This document shows positions 13,801-27,571 of a DNA stretch of 64,000 nt, one piece after another (the stretch's first letter is position 1; the number at the start of each line of letters is the position of its first letter). The DNA lies in contig CM119270.1 in NCBI GenBank assembly GCA_051294375.1, positions 10,932,969-10,996,968 of the forward strand, in the 5' to 3' direction. Position numbers and translations under genes: made by a program. The stretch comes from Paraspadella gotoi (Eukaryota > Animalia > Chaetognatha). The notes beneath the pieces are model-generated. The model was given only the letters and a program-made list of their open reading frames with translations. It did no database searches and had not been told where the DNA came from.

Positions 13801-16800
13801 TGGATTGCAACTTACTATCGCGCGCAACCTGAAGGAGTTTGCAATTGGACGATCTTTCGGTCCTATCCCAAAAGGTTTGATAAATGAAAAGCGAGCGAAA
13901 AGACCAATATTAACCCGAGGAACGTCATTCTGCTCGTCGTTCCTCGACATGCTCCTGATTTCAACTGAGCATCGCCTCTAAAGTGTTTTTTTATTTTAGT
14001 TGTGATCAATTTGAAAGGGTTAAAAGTTGAGGATGTTTAATTTATAAAAAAATTAAAATTATTCGATTTAAATTTTATTTTATTTATCAAAATTTAAATA
14101 ATAAAACATTAGCACAACATTAATCCGGATTTAAATAAAACCTCGATAACCCTTGATATTTTCCAGTAAGTTGTCAGGGGACATATTAAGAACACTTTTC
14201 ATATTACTTTAATTCTCTTTCCATAAAAATTTCTTCTGCAATTTATTTTCTTCTTCTATTTTTTTATTTTACACACACTCGATTTTTCAAATCAATGAAG
14301 GACTTTTGAATTAGTTCTATTGGTGTTTGCACACTGAAGCTTTAATTTAAAAGAATATTTATTGTAATATAATAAACAAAAATTGTAATTTTTATCAATT
14401 ATATTATATAAATTTTTTTTAAAAAATTAGTTTATAAGAAGACGGAGATTAATACCTCAACACTAATGAAAAGTTTTAAATACTAAAATTTCTAATAGAT
14501 ATAAAAAAATCTTAAAAAAACACTAATGTTTAAAATTTTCTTGGACAAGAATGGTTAAAAAACAGTATTAATAAACATACACATCAATTCATTATCATAT
14601 CGAGACATATTTGAGGTGAATATAACTTAGTTAAAATTTTAATCAAATAAACTGATAAAAAAATATATTAAATTGTATTATAACTTTATCTAACTTAAAG
14701 CTCTAATAATTCAGAATCCATGAAGACAATAAAATTGAAAATAATTCGAATAAATTTATAAGTAATTATTTAATAAGTAATATATAAATTTAAAATGCTT
14801 TTCTCGTGTCTCATTATAATAATAGATAATTTTTCATAAAATAATTTATTTTCATATCCGAAACAGTACACTTTAAATATTTATTTTATTTGAAGATGAA
14901 AGCTTCTTAGATTCACAAACACTCGCGTTCTGCCTTTGGATTTTCGTTTCAGTTTGATCACTTGTATACATAAGCTTTTTTTGATTCTTCCACTATTTTA
15001 TATAATTATAAAGATATATATATTTTAATTATATAATAGTTATAATATTATTATAAAAATTTATTAATCACAATAGATAATTATTATATAGACACACAAG
15101 AAGCAGAATCAATTAAACTCCAAAAATGCGAAAATACAGCTTTGTGCGTCCACAATCATAAATCTTTTTTAGACCTTCTTTTGACTAGAGTCTTCTTTTC
15201 CAAAGCATTCGGTTAAATCGAAACTACAAACAACGTCCTCAAACACCAAATACTGCGGAAAAAAGAGCTCGACGCGTCGGAGAATTCGGTTCCATGTCGT
15301 ATGATGCAGCCAGACACGAAGTGTGCGGCGCCCGTAGAGGGGAACCAACGCTCGACACAACCCTGAAAATTAACCTACAGAGGCAGGATTCCTGTAAAGG
15401 GGTATGCATGGGTAGAAATTGGCCAAACACGTAGAAATTTGTAACTGGCCTCGTATTAAGTTTATCAAGAGTAAATTCTAGGATTAAGAGAGAGAAAAAT
15501 AACACCTAAAAATAAATAAAAAAATACTTATTATTTTTCCTTTTATTTTTGAGAAAAATAGAGAAAAATAATAGATCGACCCTACCCTTATCAATGATAT
15601 AAAATATTGTGCGATGATTACAAACCTAATAATTTTTATTGATGCGATTGAATATAAATTAAATGATTCATATTTTGATGAAACCACAGTGTAATATATT
15701 GTGGTATTGCAGACTCAAAGAAACGGAACGGACGAACGACTGTAACGGCGAACGACGTCACATAAGATATCCCTCTCACTACAATAATTCGAGCCTTGTA
15801 TAACTTCTTTTCCCTGCCCTCTTTCCTGTCGCCGGCAGCCCTGATAAAAAGATAACATCTTTTTTCCTGCACTCTCAGATTGGAACTTCCCGACGACCCC
15901 ACGACCGCACGACGATGGCGATCCTTATATCTCGCCTGGCGAAGCGTCGCCGACCGGACAAGAAACCTCGACACGGCCCTCGAATAACGCAAGTTGTGGC
16001 GAATACACGACGAAACGTCGAGCGCCTGCTCGAGCAGACTATGCACGGAAGAGCCTCAACTGCCCCGCCTGAACCGAAGTCAAGCAAACCGGCGTTCCAG
16101 TGGTGAAAGAGGCGGCCCGGACAGCGTCATTAAACGTGAGCGAACTCGATATTAATTCGATAATCTGGTACCGGCGTGTGTCTTTGTTTTCTCTAATGAG
16201 CCTTCCGCCTAACCCCGACCCGTGTTAAACGCACGCAGCAAAAGGAAGAACAAATCTTCAAAAAATTACATATAATATAACTTTAATTAATAGTATAAAT
16301 ATAAGTATACATAAACCAAATTATGAAAAAAATCTACTTGATTCTATTCTCCATGAATATGACAAAGGGAAATCACTGAAAATGATAAGAAAAATGTACA
16401 TCTAATCAAAACGTGTCTCATATATTAGCATTATATTACAATTGTGAGTAAGACGACTAATAACATTCAATTAAAAGTTATCCGCCGTTAACCGGCCCGT
16501 TTCAGTAAATAACATACTGTGCAAGTATATTATTCGTGCGGTAATTACCCTCTCATCACGGATATAGTGGATATATATACATTTCGCGTGATCATTCCGG
16601 TGGTTGCGCCATCTTCTCGGAGACATTCACATGACTTAATGAATCTGCTTCTCACATAAAGATCGTCAAACTATCATCACTTTTTTCTTTCCAGATGGCA
16701 AATTCACGAATTTAATAAGCCTAATTATTCGTACAGTTTTCATATTCGTATACTTTTTTTTATTACTGACAAATGTTTGGGCTGCCAAAAACGACTCTCG

Positions 16801-19800
16801 AAACTCTTACGTCCACCTGACCTCTATTGCGAGGTGTCAGCCACCAAAACAAAGACATACACTTCAATATAAAGGGTTACTGAAACTTTCAACAAGTGAA
16901 ATTGTACGTACATGTGGTCTGCATATTCAACAGTAGCCATCATATCGCTATGCATGCAATCGGAGTTCGTCTAATTTTCGTTAATCGCGAGATACGCGCT
17001 AACGTGCGCAACTGGAAATTATTTATTGCTCGGTTTCTGCCTTGCGTAGCATTTTTCTAACATCTTAGAGTGCACTGAAAGTCTAGAGCTTTTCACGTAC
17101 CAGGTGATTTGCTTTTACTACTCAATATTTTTCACGCGTCACCCGTGCGGTTGGTGCTCTTATGGAACTATTCGTAGTCAGTTTTCTGAACACAAAACCA
17201 CCTCTCCGACGTACACGACCGCAAGCGACCGAGTCTCTGATCATTTCATTCTATCAGTTATCTCTCGAACTTCCGCGAACTCATTTGGCCCTTCGACCGA
17301 AGTCAATATAAGTGACATCTTACTCGAATTTTTCGTACTCTTTGTTTTTTGTGCTATCATTTTTATCTCCACTTTTTCATTCATTATATATTCTTAACTG
17401 TCTCGGCGCTGAGCGGGTGAGACACACTCCCACGCGGATTTTAAAAGTCGAACGAATGCATAATACTACACATTACATTTATTTCCCCTATCCTGATTTT
17501 TATTCGAGGTCGCGTGCACAAACTTCGTCACGTCAGCATAGTTTTTCCCCGATCATCAGTGGCACAGAGGCGCTTGATCTCATCTGCACATTCATACATT
17601 GAATTTAAAAAGAATATTCATTCTCCCATTCATCTAGTAAATCACAAGGCCTATTCTATATACGATACTTTACCCTAACGCTGACTACAAATTAACAACT
17701 TATCAAACTTATCACACACCCAATTTGGTAATCTAACAACTACAATTTCCTAACATTCTATTTCTTAGCGCGTAACCTCCCGATTGGCCTTCGCAATATT
17801 ATTTCTTTTTTCATTTTTAAAAAATTCAGGTCTTAGCGCTCGCCCAAAAATAAAGCTACTGTCCCTATTCTGATTTGAATCTTTAGTTAACTTTACAATC
17901 GATCAGTGAAATCGAATTGTCGTAACCACAAAGGAAGAAAAAAAAAACGCGAAGGGAACAAATCTCATTTTTAATGTCGCCAACACCTCAACTTTCACCC
18001 GAAGATCGAATATTATTGACAAAAGAATGAATAAAACCATTCCCTTTTTCAGAATCTTCCATTTGAAATTAAATTAAAATTAAAAATTCCTTACCTGTGC
18101 ACGAAAAGTGATATTTAAATTACCCCCTTCGTCCTCACTGCTTCGTAATTTCCCTATCAATTATCTTTCATGTTCCCTTATTTATCTCTAACCTATTAAT
18201 GTCTCGCCAATCCGTGGATATCGGTTTAATCCGGAGCTCTCCCCCGTCACGTCGCCTTCAAAACGCTGTAGCGTCCTTACGAGCAGAGAAACGTCGTCCG
18301 CACTTGAGACACGCCGTCGTCTTTGTCACTCCGTTGTTTACTTATCCCGGTTAAAAAAAAATCACACGCCGATCGGTTGAATCAAACCAGCGCGCCAACG
18401 TCAAAAGCGTTGCTCCCTTAGTCTTAAACGTTAAATGTGGAGCGGTCCGCAAAGATAGTCCCTTTCATCGCGATGTTCCGCACATAAACGAGGTATGCCT
18501 TAGAAACCCTCGTGCGCGTAGCCAGATACAGAGGGTCGCTGGCTTAAGAGTGTGGTCAACGGGAAGGTGAGCGGCCCTCAGGCCTCGTAACGGGGCTACA
18601 GAGAATCGAGAGGAAGACTAGTATCTTTTCCTCGTTCGACAGCCCTCCTTACTTTCTCACGCTTCGTGGGGAGAAGAAATGTTTCGGTGCGAAATTTCTT
18701 CCTCTTAGAGAGTGAAGTATATCTATGGTTTCTTGTTCGACCGAGGAAAAAACAATTTATCATTAATTTTTTTTCGTAAAAATTTTGTTGTACCCCGCAG
18801 CCCGGGACAGAGAAGGGTTACAGTTTCTAATTTTCTTATTTTTTGGTGTGCTTCATGAGAGAGAGAGAATGCAGACAGAGAGAGATGCGAGAAGAGTCTT
18901 CTCTCATCGTTACTGCAGACGTCTCTCCGTACCGTACTCTTCACATCTCTCTCTCTCGTCTCTGCGCTCTACTGTTATCGTACACGACACATAACCACCT
19001 TTTTTCCACGACAAAAGGTGTATACGAGCGATCCTTGCTAGCTTAATAGACTTCGGCATGAAACAGCAGTTCACCGTATCACATGTATTATGTCCGCATG
19101 ACCTAGAGAGAGACTGATTTTTAAACAACTGCTTTGGTAATTGAATTGAGTAGAAAGAGTAAAAAAATAAGTTACTATAATCGACATAAATATAAGACCG
19201 GAGAAAAATAATAAAGAGTTTGGGACGCACTCGATAAAAAAAACATCACGCGCCCGATCGGTCAGTGGTTCGTAAAAGTTCACCTTCGTGAGTTAGGAGA
19301 TCGAAGAAAGAATACGGGAGAACGTCGTACGTTTCGCATTTTGATACTGATCGATTTTAGACGATTGTAAGCATTTAATTGTGAAGGCCGGGTTCCTGCT
19401 GAAGCGAGCGTTGCGGACAAAAAGGGGCGGGGGATAAGGTGGCACAGACGGAAAAGTCGAGATGAATTGGAGAATAGAGAAGGGAAGAGGCGGGAAGTGA
19501 AGAAAGCTGGAAGAAAAGCAAAACAAAGAAGGGGAAAAACGAATCAAAAACGATATTCACTCGCATCCGAGCACGTTAGGGTTCGCCATGCCGATTCAAC
19601 GGATCTAAGATGATAATGTTCGTTTCTATTTCACATTCTTATGGATAGCACGACAAATTATAATTTGATCAGGTTGAAAGGCGTGAACAACGGAATACGA
19701 CTTAATCGTCAATCTTAATAAATTGGCGATGTGTATATAAACACACCATATAATGAGTTTATGAGTATAAAAATAAATATATAACATAATAAAATATCAC

Positions 19801-22036
19801 CATAAAAGAAAACATTAAAATAAATTTACATTAAACAAAGTCCTTTTCGTCGTTCAGAATTAAATATCAATTGACAGCGAGCTCGTCGTGAAATGAGCCG
19901 CTCAAATCGGCGTACACTCAGGTGAGCGTAACTGCCGTAACCATGACGACCCCGAGACTCGAGACGCCGTCTGCGAGCGTCGGAACTTTGGACCAGTTTA
20001 CGTCCCGGTCCGGTGACGACCCGCCAAGCAAAAACGAGTTAGACAAATCTCGGGGCGTGACGACTGTTTTTTTACCGATTTATCTTTTAGCGGTTGGAAA
20101 TTGAGTCGGCTGAAGAGAGAAGAAGAAACACTCGAATCCGGAATCTTCGTTATCTTTTCGTTGCCACTGCTGATCCGTTGGAGGTTCGATCCCGCTGGAA
20201 TCACCAAGAGGTAAGAAATGCGCTCTCACTCTCTCCGCTCTTTCCTCTTCTGCTCTCTATTCTACCTCCCCTCTCTCTCACTCTGGCAATTTCTTTCAAT
20301 GAGTCAGATCGAAAGAACTTAATAAGTTTCCTTCTTGCGATTTGTATTTAAGCTTGATCTTCGTCTTGGGCCAGAAATTTGATCCCAAGATCGATTGAAA
20401 GATTTCCTTGCCTGCAATCCACCCATATTTTTTTAGAAACATCTTCACATGAATAAAGCCGATCAAATTTCTATTGCAAAAATCCAAAGGCTGAGATTTG
20501 TGTAAAAGAAAAAAATAGAAATATTTTTTCCAAAAAAGTAAAGACAATTAAGACATACTCGGTTTACTCTAATCATACCAGTACTCGTGGATTCCCGCGT
20601 GAGGTCCATTCTGCTCCATCCTCCTCTCAGCGGATATTTTTTTCCTCGCCGCAACCATGGTTTCCTTCATACGAGGTCAGTTGAAGATCTCCGAATTCCG
20701 ACATACCAGGTTGATGAAAAATCGTAGTTTTTTCCAAGCAATTTCGTTCGAATTATAATTATCTTTGAACCTTTTTTTGTGCCATTAACCTTGCGCATTG
20801 TTACGCGTATTTCGAAATTCTATTATAACCTGGACAAAGGTGAAGCGGATGATACCGTCAATAAATGAGCTTACTAATTCGTCATATGTTAACTTCGATT
20901 TTGCTTCCTTTCTTCATCCTCTCTCTCTCTCTATTCTCGCAGTCTCGAAAGCATCGTTCCTCTCTTCTCTCTCTCCTCTTTTTGTTCTCGCTACTCTATC
21001 GTTACTTTTTTTCACACATCCACTGATCTCACAACAAGCTATTGGTCACTTGACCCGTGCATAAACCCATCATCCGCATACAAGGTGACCCTCAGGAAAT
21101 TTGAGCAACGCTGCAGATGTCAGGTTGATTGCCTCTCTCACTGATTCCCCGACTTTTCCAAAAAAATCGGGTTGTTTCAATAGTTAAGTCGTCTTTTATC
21201 TATTGATAATAAATGGTTGTAATTTTATTTACTAAACTCATTTATGTTTAATTCCATCACAATTTTTTAGGATTTGTATCAACGTCTTCTTNNNNNNNNN
21301 NNNNNNNNNNNNNNNNNNNNNNNNNNNNNNNNNNNNNNNNNNNNNNNNNNNNNNNNNNNNNNNNNNNNNNNNGAAGGACCCCCTCAGCGCGTTTCTTTGC
21401 TCGGCTCAGGGGGATGGGGGGTAGGCAGTCGATGGTGATGAGCGAGATGAGTTGATATTGAAGAGCTGTCCCTTCGAAAACCGGGAAGTGGTCAGCGATT
21501 TTAATCTTATAATGCTACAAGTGTAAGAATATCTGATGCAAAGAATCTTAAATGAAAGACGCTGCTCTAGGTGGCCTGTTGGGTGGAAAGCAGCGACAGT
21601 GGCGGGGAAGTCGCGGGTTCGATTCTTAAGACGATCGACTCAAATCAAACAGTTGCCTCTAATTTCGGCGAGGTGCCCAAAGAGGGGGGAGGGAAAGGGG
21701 GGAGGGAAAGGGGGGAGGGAAAGGGGAAGGAAATGGGGGCGAAGGGGGCGAAGGGGGCGAAAGGAAAGGAAAAGAATAAAGATAGAGGGGAAAAGAGAAA
21801 GTCCCTCGCTTTGATGCACAAATAACTGTTAAAATAAATAAATGTTATAAACATCAAATAAAAAAAGAATTTTATATTTAAAACAATATTTTCAGAGTCC
21901 AAGGACTTTTCAGTTTTCACGTTTCCCTTTCAAAATGACTCAGTTTTTGGTTTCGTTTTAATCTGGAAAAGTAAATATTTTGCACTCATTTCTTCTTGTA
22001 AAATTTCTTGTAAAATTTCTAAATTTAACTTTAATT

Positions 22037-22554
22037 AAAATTCTAAAAGTGAGGAACGAACAACATTATACTAATAAACATTTCTGTATATAAAAAATTT
22101 ATTATAAATTTCACAATTTACGTATTAGGCCATATTTATACATAGTACTAATCCAATAAATGTTAAAATTTCAGAACAGTTTTTTTTTAAGATTTTTTTT
22201 GCAGATTTGGATTTGTCATAAAAAAATTGATAAAAAAAATTTAACACTTTTTGAAAAATCCCTTCATTAAGTGGGTAAAAAAAATCAGAAAAAGCTATAT
22301 TTTAAACTGAAAATTATTTTTTTAAATATTAATTTTTAACCCACTAAATGAAAAAAAATTAAAAAATGAGTTATATTTTCTTTTATCAACTTTTGAAGAG
22401 GAATTCAAATTTGCAATCAAAATTAAGAAAAGCTTATTTTCATTTTTTTTATATAAATATAGCCTAATGCGAAAATTAAAAACATAAAATTATTATTTTT
22501 TACAAATTTATGTTCACTGATGGTATGTTGTTCATAATTGATTTTTAGAATTTT
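22037..22554. mobile_element. Old degenerate palindromic (MITE-like) element, ~520 bp
   Basis: Nested reverse-complement pairs: AAAATTCTAAAA/TTTTAGAATTTT, GTATTAGGCCATATTTATA/TATAAATATAGCCTAATGC, TTCATTAAGTGGGTAAAA/TTTTAACCCACTAAATGAA, centred near 22300. Confidence 0.6.
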
Positions 22555-22839
22555 CGTAGTAAAATTTTCGTAGTGAAAGTTACTTTCACTACGCTCTTAT
22601 GTGTATATTTGCTACTATTGTGCCGCTCCTGATACATGGATTTGTTTATTGTTCAAAATATATTAAATTAATGATTTTTTTGGGGTATTTCTACCGATTT
22701 CTGTTTCATCTTATTCTCATCGTAAATCTAGACTTATTTTCATTTCCATTCCTTCTTTTCTTAGGCTTCTTTCTCTTTCATTTTTCTCGACTTTTCTTTT
22801 CTTCACAAAAACCATCATCAGCCCGGCGATCTCTACCTG

Positions 22840-22840
22840 A

Positions 22841-22935
<95 letters not shown>

Positions 22936-22940
22936 CAAGC

Positions 22941-22988
<48 letters not shown>

Positions 22989-22990
22989 AA
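22840..22990. repeat. (AAAG)n microsatellite
   Basis: Direct inspection. Confidence 0.95.
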
Positions 22991-23101
22991 AAAGAAAAGT
23001 AAGGACCCTGAAAAAAATTCCGGGATACGCAAGGAAATTGTTGAGAGTGGAAATAATTTTCATCGTCGGCCGAAACTCCCGCGCCCATATAAAACCGTTA
23101 G

Positions 23102-23295
23102 GGTAATTGTCGATGCTAAAACAAAATAAAAGAACAACTCATTATGATAAAGAGAGAGGCAGGGAAAATTATCTCTCTTCCTCTCTCTCTATCTCTCTTT
23201 CTCTTGTTTCTTTTCTTTCTCTTTTTATTCTGTAACTTTTGACGATGCTATTCTCCTTTTTAATTTTTATGCACCTAATTTTGGAGGCTTGCTGG

Positions 23296-23307
<12 letters not shown>
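23102..23307 (-). repeat. Inverted partner of 10651-10858
   Basis: GGTAATTGTCGATGCTAAAACAAAATAAAAGAACAACTCATTATGAT...GGAGGCTTGCTGGAAGAG. Confidence 0.85.
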
Positions 23308-23390
<83 letters not shown>

Positions 23391-23691
23391 AGAGCGACGA
23401 GATTTTTATGATATTTTATGAATTTTTAATCTGTTGATCCTTTACGAGAAACATCGGTTATGATGGAAAAGGGAGAAGAGGAGAGAGATGAAAGAGACAA
23501 AGACAGAGTGGAGAAAGATAAAAAAATCGAGCGACACAAAGAGATGAGAGACAGTGGGAGACGAATTCCGTGAAAGTGCGGTTGTAAGAAAATCCTGAAC
23601 TGTGCTGAAGATTTAAGGTGCCAACGAAACCAAAACTAGAACCTGCGGTCAAAGATCTGAAACGGATGTTGAGGGCGCGAGTGACAACGAC

Positions 23692-23727
<36 letters not shown>

Positions 23728-25071
23728 TCATAATCAGATCATCTCTTCTTGGTTTTGTGGTTTTGAGATGATATTTTTTTTACAGTTATTAATTTTTCGT
23801 AAAAAAATTATCACAGAACGCGACAAAATTAATATTTGCAAATAAAAAAGAAATATATATTCAAAACAATATTTTAAGAGTCCTATGAAATTTATGACAA
23901 TGTTATGAAACAGAATTGAGTATCTCTTTTTTTTCTGAATGTGATACGATTTAAAAATTCACATCAAATCATTCGATGCACACTTGTTGTTGTTGTCGTC
24001 CTCCTCGCAGAAAAACGACCATCGTCGTCGTCACCGTCGTCGTACCATTCATCATTTTCCGCGCTTTCCCGATAATGAAGTTGGCCCCTGACTCATTATT
24101 TGCATCATTATTATTCAATATTAGAGCCCCCACTTCCGGTTGTTGTTGTCCCTTTATACTTCGTCGTCGTTGTTGTTATCGTCGAACGCATCGTCATCGT
24201 CCCTCTTCCTCGTGATCGTCGTTGTTGTTGTCAAATATTATTGCCACGTCGCGCGGTCTTCGTCATCGTCGTCGTCATCGTCGTTGTCGTTGTTGTTATT
24301 CAATATTAGCGGCGCCCAGCCATAAATCTTCCTCCTCGCGCTCCGGAGTCTAATCGCGCGTAAATTTTATTCATAGACCCATTTAACGACTTTGCGAGAG
24401 AAAATGAGGGAGAAATGATTTTTTTTTAATATGTTTATAAAATGTTTAATAGACGCCGTTGTAGGGTATTACTGACGCGAACAGGGGACCGAAGGAGACT
24501 CGGTCCATGACGAAGATGCATAAGTTTTACATTTGTGAGTCTTAAAATCAATTTAACCTATAGTTTTATATAATAGTACATATACAGTGTCGCTGCTGTC
24601 ATTTATTCCAAATTCATTTAAATGAAATAAGGTAATCAACTATTTGACTGTTTTAGGTATGTTCCATTTTTCCGCTTTAAAAACGGTTGATTACTTTACT
24701 ATTAAAAATATTTTCAATAAGCTTAACTCGAAACTGTAATCTGCATTGAGATAAGAGGATCTAGAGTCTAACGATCGTCATAGAGATTTCGTAAATTTCG
24801 AAATCCTTCTCGAAAAAAATGGCTCCAAAGTGTTTTTTTTTTCCTTCGACATAAAAGACAAAAGAAACAGAAAAAAAAAGATAGAAAATAAAAGAAAAAA
24901 AAAGAAAAGAGAGAGAACGAGACTCAGACTCCAATTGAGAAGAAACAGATTTCGTTTCACGTGATTTCGTCGAAAAAAGAAAAAAAAAAGGAAAAGAAGA
25001 AATAAAGAAAGAAGAAAAGAAAACGTCCGACGAACGACGAGGACGGCGATGAATCGGAGAGAGAGAGAGTT

Positions 25072-25176
<105 letters not shown>

Positions 25177-27465
25177 GGGAGAAGGGAGAGTGCGGCAAAT
25201 TAACGGAGCGACGATGAATTGGATGATCGTTGGGTTAGAGGGTGGGGTGGTGGGGTGGTGGTGGTTGAGTTGGTGGTATGGAGTGGTTGGCGGTGGTGGA
25301 TTCGAGCTGCTTTGTTTAGGAAACATCATTTGAATAAACAGATTAGATAGAACATTTGATGTTTTGTTTCGGAGAAGCCATGAATTTCGATGTTTCACTT
25401 GGTTTTGTCTGTTTTTGTTTTCTTGACGAACTCTTTCGCAAATCTTTGATTTTTTTCACGGTGAAATTTCAGCGAAGAGGTGACTAACCTTCACCGGTCG
25501 TTTTAGGTCACTTTCAAAAGTCACCAAAGCCATTAAGATTATACCGATTTTTCTATGCATTGATGATATATAATATAAATTACGTAATAATACTTAATAA
25601 TGAGGTTTTATTAATTTACAATTTAATATATTAAACGCTCATCTGAAAAGACTGACAGAGAGAAAGGGATCAGCGGACAGACTGACTCGTTATCACCTTC
25701 ATGCAGTAAACGAGCGGACGATTCGTCGTTCGCTTCTTTTTCGCTGATTGACTTAAAAAGAAAATTAAAAGAATCCGAGGATTGGTAGAACGACGACGAT
25801 GACGACGACGACGACGATGACGACGACGCTTTTGACGACGAGGTTGACGATGACGACGATAACGATGACGTTGACGAAGGCAAAGAGAAATACGTTAACA
25901 AAATCAAATATGACCCAATCGAAATGAATTAAAACGTGAAAAGATGACTTAAAAAAATACTTCAAGGAACAAAAATGATGAAAGAGAAGCCTGCAATGAA
26001 ATACCAACGATGAAGGAAAAGACAAAAACTCCATTAATTTAAAAAAGTCACGAAAAATAACAAAGATCGTCCACGCCCTAAAACTCCCAAGTCAATCAAA
26101 AATGCGCAATGAGTATCAAAATTGAAAAGTGAAATCGGAAGCGGATAAATCACAAGATCGACCTTGGGACATTGGAATAACGAAAATACGTAAGTCTCGT
26201 TCAAACTGCCTCCATTCCTTTCCTCCATGAGAACCTGCCTTTGGTTAATTGCCCGAACAAATGATGGGCAATGAAAGACGGGATGGCGAAAAGACGACGA
26301 CGAATTCGGGAGGAGGAGGAGGAGGAGGAGGAGGAAGAGGAGGAGCGTTGATTACGCCCACCAGATTTTCGGAACAGACGCTGAAAGTTGCAAGCAGAAG
26401 TGTCTTTTTACCTGAAATTCTGCGGGTAATTGATTATTATTATTCGTTTAGTCAAGCAGTGATAAATGCTTGTAGAGAAAAAAGGGACAAAACAAAGTTT
26501 GCTTACTCGGTGTCATAAAAGAATAATGCATTCGGTGAGAGCGAAAACCTGATTATTACAATAGATAAAGCAATTAACACAAACAAAAAGTAACTACTGT
26601 TTTAAACACTTCTCGTTACAATCTTGTCTCTCGCATAGAGACGTTCAATTATTACCACGCCCACTTCCGTCAGTCGATTTTATCGTCGCTCGTCATCCTT
26701 TGACGATTTGCTGATAACACACTAACGTCGACCTTGTAATTTTGAGGAGGCGCAACTCCGACGCTGCCTTCTCCGCCGTCGCCGCTTGCAATGAAGCAGC
26801 TTACCTCCGCGGTTCGCTGCCGAGTCCGCCCGCCGACATCGCTACAGCGGTAGATGCCGACGTCACCGAAGGTTTTACCCTAAGAGACATGACATATGGG
26901 ACGGAAGGGTGGAGCGAAGTCCCGCGTTCGTTGGTAGGGTTGAGATGAAAAGAGAAACGAAAAAAGGCATCGTGACAAATTTTGGGACACAATTTATGTA
27001 AACCGATTGTAATATAACCTACGAAAAATTAAAAAAGAAAATGTATGTCAACTTTTAGCGATTGAGTAATGCTTGGGCTAGCATACACCTTTATGATAAT
27101 GATATTAATTTTTTAAAAAGTAACTGTAATCAAAATAAGGAGAATTTAAGGTTAATAATAACACAAACTCCCTATATTAATAATGTCAGCATAATATCTG
27201 CATAATCTGTTACTGACTCCAGTCTTAAACCTTCAATCCTTCACTCACTCTCCCACCAGTCTTAACACCCACTCGAGCAAAACCCATTCAACACCCCTTT
27301 ACCATTCCACCACCCCCTCAACACCCCGATTCGAACCAACATCGACGATCGGAGCCGATCTCTCTTTTTTTTCTGTGTGGGAATTTTCATTGCAAACTTT
27401 TTTTAGCCATTCGTTTGAATTGCTACAAACAAGAAATGGAGAGAGAATAGAGAGAGAGAGAGAGA

Positions 27466-27516
<51 letters not shown>

Positions 27517-27524
27517 AGAGAGAG

Positions 27525-27571
<47 letters not shown>

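Noticed and set aside
15725-15770. GRTTVTANDV, resembling the histone H4 C-terminus
   Set aside because: Ten residues only, followed immediately by a stop, with no other histone-fold similarity.
18188-18195. CTAACCTA as a telomerase RNA template (TTAGG) upstream of the hairpin cluster
   Set aside because: An 8-mer of this kind is expected by chance in AT-rich DNA, and no pseudoknot or promoter evidence was seen.
18450-18600. RNase MRP-like AGTCCC / CGGGGCT pairing
   Set aside because: The CR-I GAAA context, the GARAR P8 loop and the closing P1 stem were not found.
21572-21626. tRNA gene from A-box-like TGGCCTGTTGG and B-box GGTTCGATTC
   Set aside because: No cloverleaf or acceptor stem; at most a decayed SINE head. 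Similar lone B-box-like words at ~1156 and ~20183 were also dismissed.
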